Positions 60,074 through 64,000 of a DNA stretch of 64,000 nt are shown here, piece by piece (position 1 is the stretch's first letter; every line of letters begins with the position of its first letter). The stretch lies in the NCBI GenBank assembly GCA_965214095.1, contig OZ243938.1:3072001-3136000 (forward strand), given 5' to 3'. The translations under genes and the position numbers were made by a program. Under the pieces are notes generated by a model. The model saw nothing but the letters and a program-made list of their open reading frames with translations. It ran no database searches and was not told the DNA's origin. This stretch comes from Candidatus Poribacteria bacterium. Its GTDB lineage: Bacteria; Poribacteria; WGA-4E; WGA-3G.

Positions 60074-60207
60074 TTAACAAATTTAAATTAGGTTGAACAA
60101 ATCCACAACTTCCATGTATAATACTATAAACAACAAAACATATCTTTCAAGAAATACTACACCTAATAGTATCCCAACCATTCTGTTGGTAGAGGTAACA
60201 TAACGTA

Positions 60208-62532
60208 ATGTTTGAACAACTCATGAAGTACCCGATTGATGTCTTTCGGGAAGGAGATTTCTCATTCGGCATTCCAATACCGGGACTTCTAATCTTTGTC
60301 CTAATGGTCGGGCTTGTTGCAGCAACCATTTGGGCATATAGGAGTGCAAAAGGTCGTTCTGGAAGTGTATTCCGTGGATTCCTCATTTTTCTACGCATAA
60401 TTGTCCTCTGTGTCCTTGCATTCTGCTTACTCAAGCCTTTCCTAACAATATATCAAAATAATCCAGACGACTCTTACCTGTTAGTAATGGTTGACCGATC
60501 CAAGAGTATGCAAATAACCGATTCAGAAGATGGTGAATCTCGCCTAAGTAGAGCAAATCAATTACTATTTAGTGAGAACAATGAAGATGGAGAAAAACTT
60601 CTTGAAAAACTGAATGCAAACAAATTCAAGGTCAGATTGTTCGGATTTGATTCCGATGCGAAACGGATTCCAAGTGAAACCATACAAAGTGCAGATGGAG
60701 AAAATACTAACATCCCAAATGCTGTCAATGAAGCACTTGATGATTTGCAAGGCATTCCGTTATCCGGAATCGTCCTATGCACCGATGGTGTAGACAGAAG
60801 CGGAACAGATATACAAAAACTGGTCATGAAAGCAAGAGAACGCAAAGTGCCTATCCATACCGTTGGCATCGGTGATGAGGAAGGGATACCAGACATTGAA
60901 TTGGTTAAAGTAGATGTCCCCCGCACTGCAGAAGAGGATTTTCCTGTCGAAATAACCGCTACAGTCAAACGCACAGGAGATGCACAAAAGAAAGCAACAA
61001 TACAACTGATTGAAAATGGCCGGATACTTGAATCGTATCCGATTACCCTAAAAAATGATGTTGCCAGAGTTCCGTTCAAATTTACCCCGCGCCATCCCGG
61101 GACAATAAAATATGAAGTGCAGGTATTACCTGAAACTGATGAGCCAATCCCACAAAACAACAATAAAACATTCATCCTAAAAGTCTTACCTACAAAACGT
61201 GTGAAGGTACTCATCGTTTCCGATCCAGGTTGGGGTTTTAAATTTGTCAGACGCGCTTTAGAAGAAGATCCCAATATTATACTAACTGTGAGATACACGA
61301 CCAGTAAAGGCACCTATGGTGGCACCTTAGGCAGTTCAACGCAAAACTTCAAATTATATCCTGATTCAAAAGAGGCACTCTTCAATTTTGATGCAATCAT
61401 TTTTGGAAATATCGCAGCTTCAGAATTTACACGCACACAACTTGAAAACACCTTAGAATTTGTCCGAACACGTGGCGGTGGATTTTTGATGTTAGGAGGT
61501 TCAAAATCATTAGGTAACTCGGTAATAACCGATTCATATCTCAACACACCAATAGCCGAATTACTCCCTGTTGAATTGGAGTTAGGAGAAGAACCTAAAT
61601 CCCCACCATTACACCTATCACCTGCTCAAATCCCTCGTCCAAAAGGGTTTAAGTTACAACTAACAGCTGAAGGAAAAACGGAACCATTGATGGAACTGGC
61701 AAATTCCTCAACTGAAAATCTGAAAAATTGGGATAAGATGCCAGCACTTTATTATTTTAGTAAAGTCAAGCGGGCAAAAGCCGGTGCAACAGTTCTCGCT
61801 GAACATCCTACGGACAGAAATGAATTTGGAAAACGGATTCTCATTGCTACTCATAATTACAACGCAGGACGCGTTATGGTCTACACACCAAGTAGTTCAG
61901 AACGCTGGCAAATGCACATGGACAGCAAAGATGATAGCAGTGAACGTTTCTGGAGACAGACTGTAAAATGGTTGACCACCGCGCCAAAGTCTGCTATCAA
62001 ACTCGATATTGCAAAAACTGAATATACGCTTAAGGAACCTGTTGTGATTGAAGTTACGGCAACCGACAATACATTTACAGTTACAAATGATGCGAAATTG
62101 CGTGCTATCGTTGTTGACGAAAAAGGGACGCGAAAGGAACTGCAACTTGAACAAGTATTAGGAAAAGATGGATTATACACCGCACGATTTATTCCAAGTC
62201 AATATGGGGAATATACTGTCACCGCAACAGGAACTCTTGATGGCGAAAGCCTCGGAAAACAACAAGCACTATTTGAGGTAAAACCCTCTTTTGAGGAGTT
62301 TAGCGATGCAGCACTTAATGTCCCTCTACTAACAAACCTTGCAATTATGAGCGGCGGAAAATATTATCCCATTGAACAAGCAGGTCAATTAGTCAATCAA
62401 ATCGCATTAGTAGAAAGCGCAACATCAGAAATAACCGATGTGGACATCTGGGATCTACCACTGATTTTTGCATTGATACTCCTATTTCTCTGTCTTGAAT
62501 GGTTCTTACGAAAACGGGCAGGATTAGTATAA
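60208..62532 (+). CDS. Membrane protein with vWA-like, Ig-like and glutamine-amidotransferase-like domains
   Basis: N-terminal TMs, VDRSKSM (MIDAS-like), CTDG, FVRTRGGGFLMLGG, ELLPV, RFWRQ, C-terminal EWFLRKRAGL. Confidence 0.75.
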   Translation: MFEQLMKYPIDVFREGDFSFGIPIPGLLIFVLMVGLVAATIWAYRSAKGRSGSVFRGFLIFLRIIVLCVLAFCLLKPFLTIYQNNPDDSYLLVMVDRSKSMQITDSEDGESRLSRANQLLFSENNEDGEKLLEKLNANKFKVRLFGFDSDAKRIPSETIQSADGENTNIPNAVNEALDDLQGIPLSGIVLCTDGVDRSGTDIQKLVMKARERKVPIHTVGIGDEEGIPDIELVKVDVPRTAEEDFPVEITATVKRTGDAQKKATIQLIENGRILESYPITLKNDVARVPFKFTPRHPGTIKYEVQVLPETDEPIPQNNNKTFILKVLPTKRVKVLIVSDPGWGFKFVRRALEEDPNIILTVRYTTSKGTYGGTLGSSTQNFKLYPDSKEALFNFDAIIFGNIAASEFTRTQLENTLEFVRTRGGGFLMLGGSKSLGNSVITDSYLNTPIAELLPVELELGEEPKSPPLHLSPAQIPRPKGFKLQLTAEGKTEPLMELANSSTENLKNWDKMPALYYFSKVKRAKAGATVLAEHPTDRNEFGKRILIATHNYNAGRVMVYTPSSSERWQMHMDSKDDSSERFWRQTVKWLTTAPKSAIKLDIAKTEYTLKEPVVIEVTATDNTFTVTNDAKLRAIVVDEKGTRKELQLEQVLGKDGLYTARFIPSQYGEYTVTATGTLDGESLGKQQALFEVKPSFEEFSDAALNVPLLTNLAIMSGGKYYPIEQAGQLVNQIALVESATSEITDVDIWDLPLIFALILLFLCLEWFLRKRAGLV

Positions 62533-62607
62533 CACAAGTTGCTACCTATTTAGATTTTTGTTGGATAGGATTCTAATACCGATTAATTCGAAATTCTTAC
62601 ACTTTTT

Positions 62608-63978
62608 ATGAGTAACAATATGAATAATTCTTTTAAAAACGTAATGTTCGTCATAGCAGACGATTGGAGTCGTATTGCAAAATGCTACGGCAACGATATT
62701 ATCAGAACACCCCGAATTGACGAATTCGCAGAACGGGGTGTCGTTTTTGACTATGGATTCTGCACAAGTCCCTCCTGTGCAGTCAGCCGTGCCTGTATAC
62801 TAACAGGACAACATAGCCATACACACGGACAATATGGACACTGCCACGGTATCCACGGTTTTCGCACACACGCGCACATGCAGTCCGCACCAAAAATATT
62901 GAAAGCAAACGGATTTGCCACCGCATGCATCGGCAAAAAGCACGTTGAACCCGTAAACGTTTATCCTTTTGACTATGAACCAAAGGTTAATCCACGAAGT
63001 CCTGTAGATGTTGCAGAGAAAATTGAACAATTCCTATCACAGAACGCAGATAAACCGTTTTATCTACATATTGGCTGCACTTATCCACATCGTGCAGGTA
63101 AAGGCTTCGGAAATGATCGGCAGCACGCGGGCATACAACCCGGTTCCTACAGACCAGACGAAATTATCGTTCCAAATTTCCTCCCGGATGTCCCTGCAGT
63201 TCGTGAAGACCTCGCTGACTATTATGAAAGCGTATCACGATGGGATGCTGTCGTCGGTGCAGCTTTAGATGCACTTGACACATCCGGACGTGCAGACGAT
63301 ACACTTGTTTTTGTCACAACAGACCATGCAATGCCATTTCCCGGTGCAAAAGCATCTAGTTTTGATAGCGGACATCACTGTCCACTGCTGATTGCAAGTC
63401 CCACACAACAACGACGCGGACTCCGCAATCAGGCTCTTGTCAACTGGGTTGACTTTTGTCCAACTATGTTAGACTGGTGCGGTGTTTCGCATCCTGATGG
63501 GGAAGAAGCACTCCCAGGTAGGTCTTTACTACCCATTTTGGAAGATGACAATCCACATCCAGGCAACGGACAATGGGAAGAAACCTATTACTCACACTGT
63601 TTCCACGAAGTCACAAACTACTACCCTTACCGCGTCCTGCGTGGACGCAGATACAAATATGTCCGCAATCTTGCATACCAGTTAGAGACACCACTCCCAA
63701 GTGACCTATTCAGATCTATATCCTGGACAGCCGTGCGAAATGACAACATTCAAGAACTTGGTGAACGACAACGGGAAGATTTTGTACATCAAAGCCGAGA
63801 AGCGTTGTTTGATATGCAGAACGACCCTGCAGAATCGAACAATCTGATTGATGATCCAGAATTACAGGATACAGTCAACGAAATGCGTCGAAAGGTCATT
63901 GAATTCAGGCAGAAAACCAAAGACCCATGGCTTGAACAATCTTTTCAAGAAGGTGAAACACAACCTTTCTTTTCGTAA
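62608..63978 (+). CDS. Sulfatase (sulfamidase / heparan N-sulfatase-like)
   Basis: ADDW, TPRID, SCAVSRACILTG, GKKH, PH, TTDH, HCFHEVTNYYPYR; no signal peptide seen. Confidence 0.9.
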   Translation: MSNNMNNSFKNVMFVIADDWSRIAKCYGNDIIRTPRIDEFAERGVVFDYGFCTSPSCAVSRACILTGQHSHTHGQYGHCHGIHGFRTHAHMQSAPKILKANGFATACIGKKHVEPVNVYPFDYEPKVNPRSPVDVAEKIEQFLSQNADKPFYLHIGCTYPHRAGKGFGNDRQHAGIQPGSYRPDEIIVPNFLPDVPAVREDLADYYESVSRWDAVVGAALDALDTSGRADDTLVFVTTDHAMPFPGAKASSFDSGHHCPLLIASPTQQRRGLRNQALVNWVDFCPTMLDWCGVSHPDGEEALPGRSLLPILEDDNPHPGNGQWEETYYSHCFHEVTNYYPYRVLRGRRYKYVRNLAYQLETPLPSDLFRSISWTAVRNDNIQELGERQREDFVHQSREALFDMQNDPAESNNLIDDPELQDTVNEMRRKVIEFRQKTKDPWLEQSFQEGETQPFFS

Positions 63979-64000
63979 ACAATAGGGACCGTAGCTTAGA

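Noticed and set aside
60558-61313. 251-aa minus-strand ORF
   Set aside because: Antisense shadow of the 774-aa membrane protein gene.

Overview
A 64-kb, AT-leaning, gene-dense bacterial chromosomal window. Gene content (orphan BMC vertex genes, Uma2 endonuclease, cytoplasmic sulfatase, tandem Gfo/Idh/MocA oxidoreductases, HEAT/TPR proteins, many intergenic REP/MITE repeats) suggests Candidatus Poribacteria or a similar lineage; this is inference, not tested. The housekeeping backbone includes a partial sat, nth, metG, an AddB-like nuclease, hisH, ribD-E-BA-H, hemW, ftsB, eno, korAB and a split ccm cluster. No rRNA, tRNA or CRISPR array was seen. The most notable items are: (1) a HigB toxin paired with a protein whose HigA-like toxin-binding region is fused to nine TPRs in place of an HTH; (2) an ElbD-like FAR-A-ACP-acyltransferase megaenzyme whose adenylation domain has lost three canonical motifs, flanked by HAD, CDP-alcohol transferase and cytidylyltransferase genes; (3) a peroxiredoxin-like selenoprotein (UxxS, in-frame TGA, SECIS-like hairpin) that the ORF track truncates; (4) a tnpB-less IS200/IS605 derivative that keeps an omega/reRNA-like scaffold; (5) nested MITE/REP composites; and (6) orphan BMC-P genes coupled to a lipoprotein and a gingipain-like C25 peptidase. 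Family assignments come from motif recognition by eye; no searches were run.
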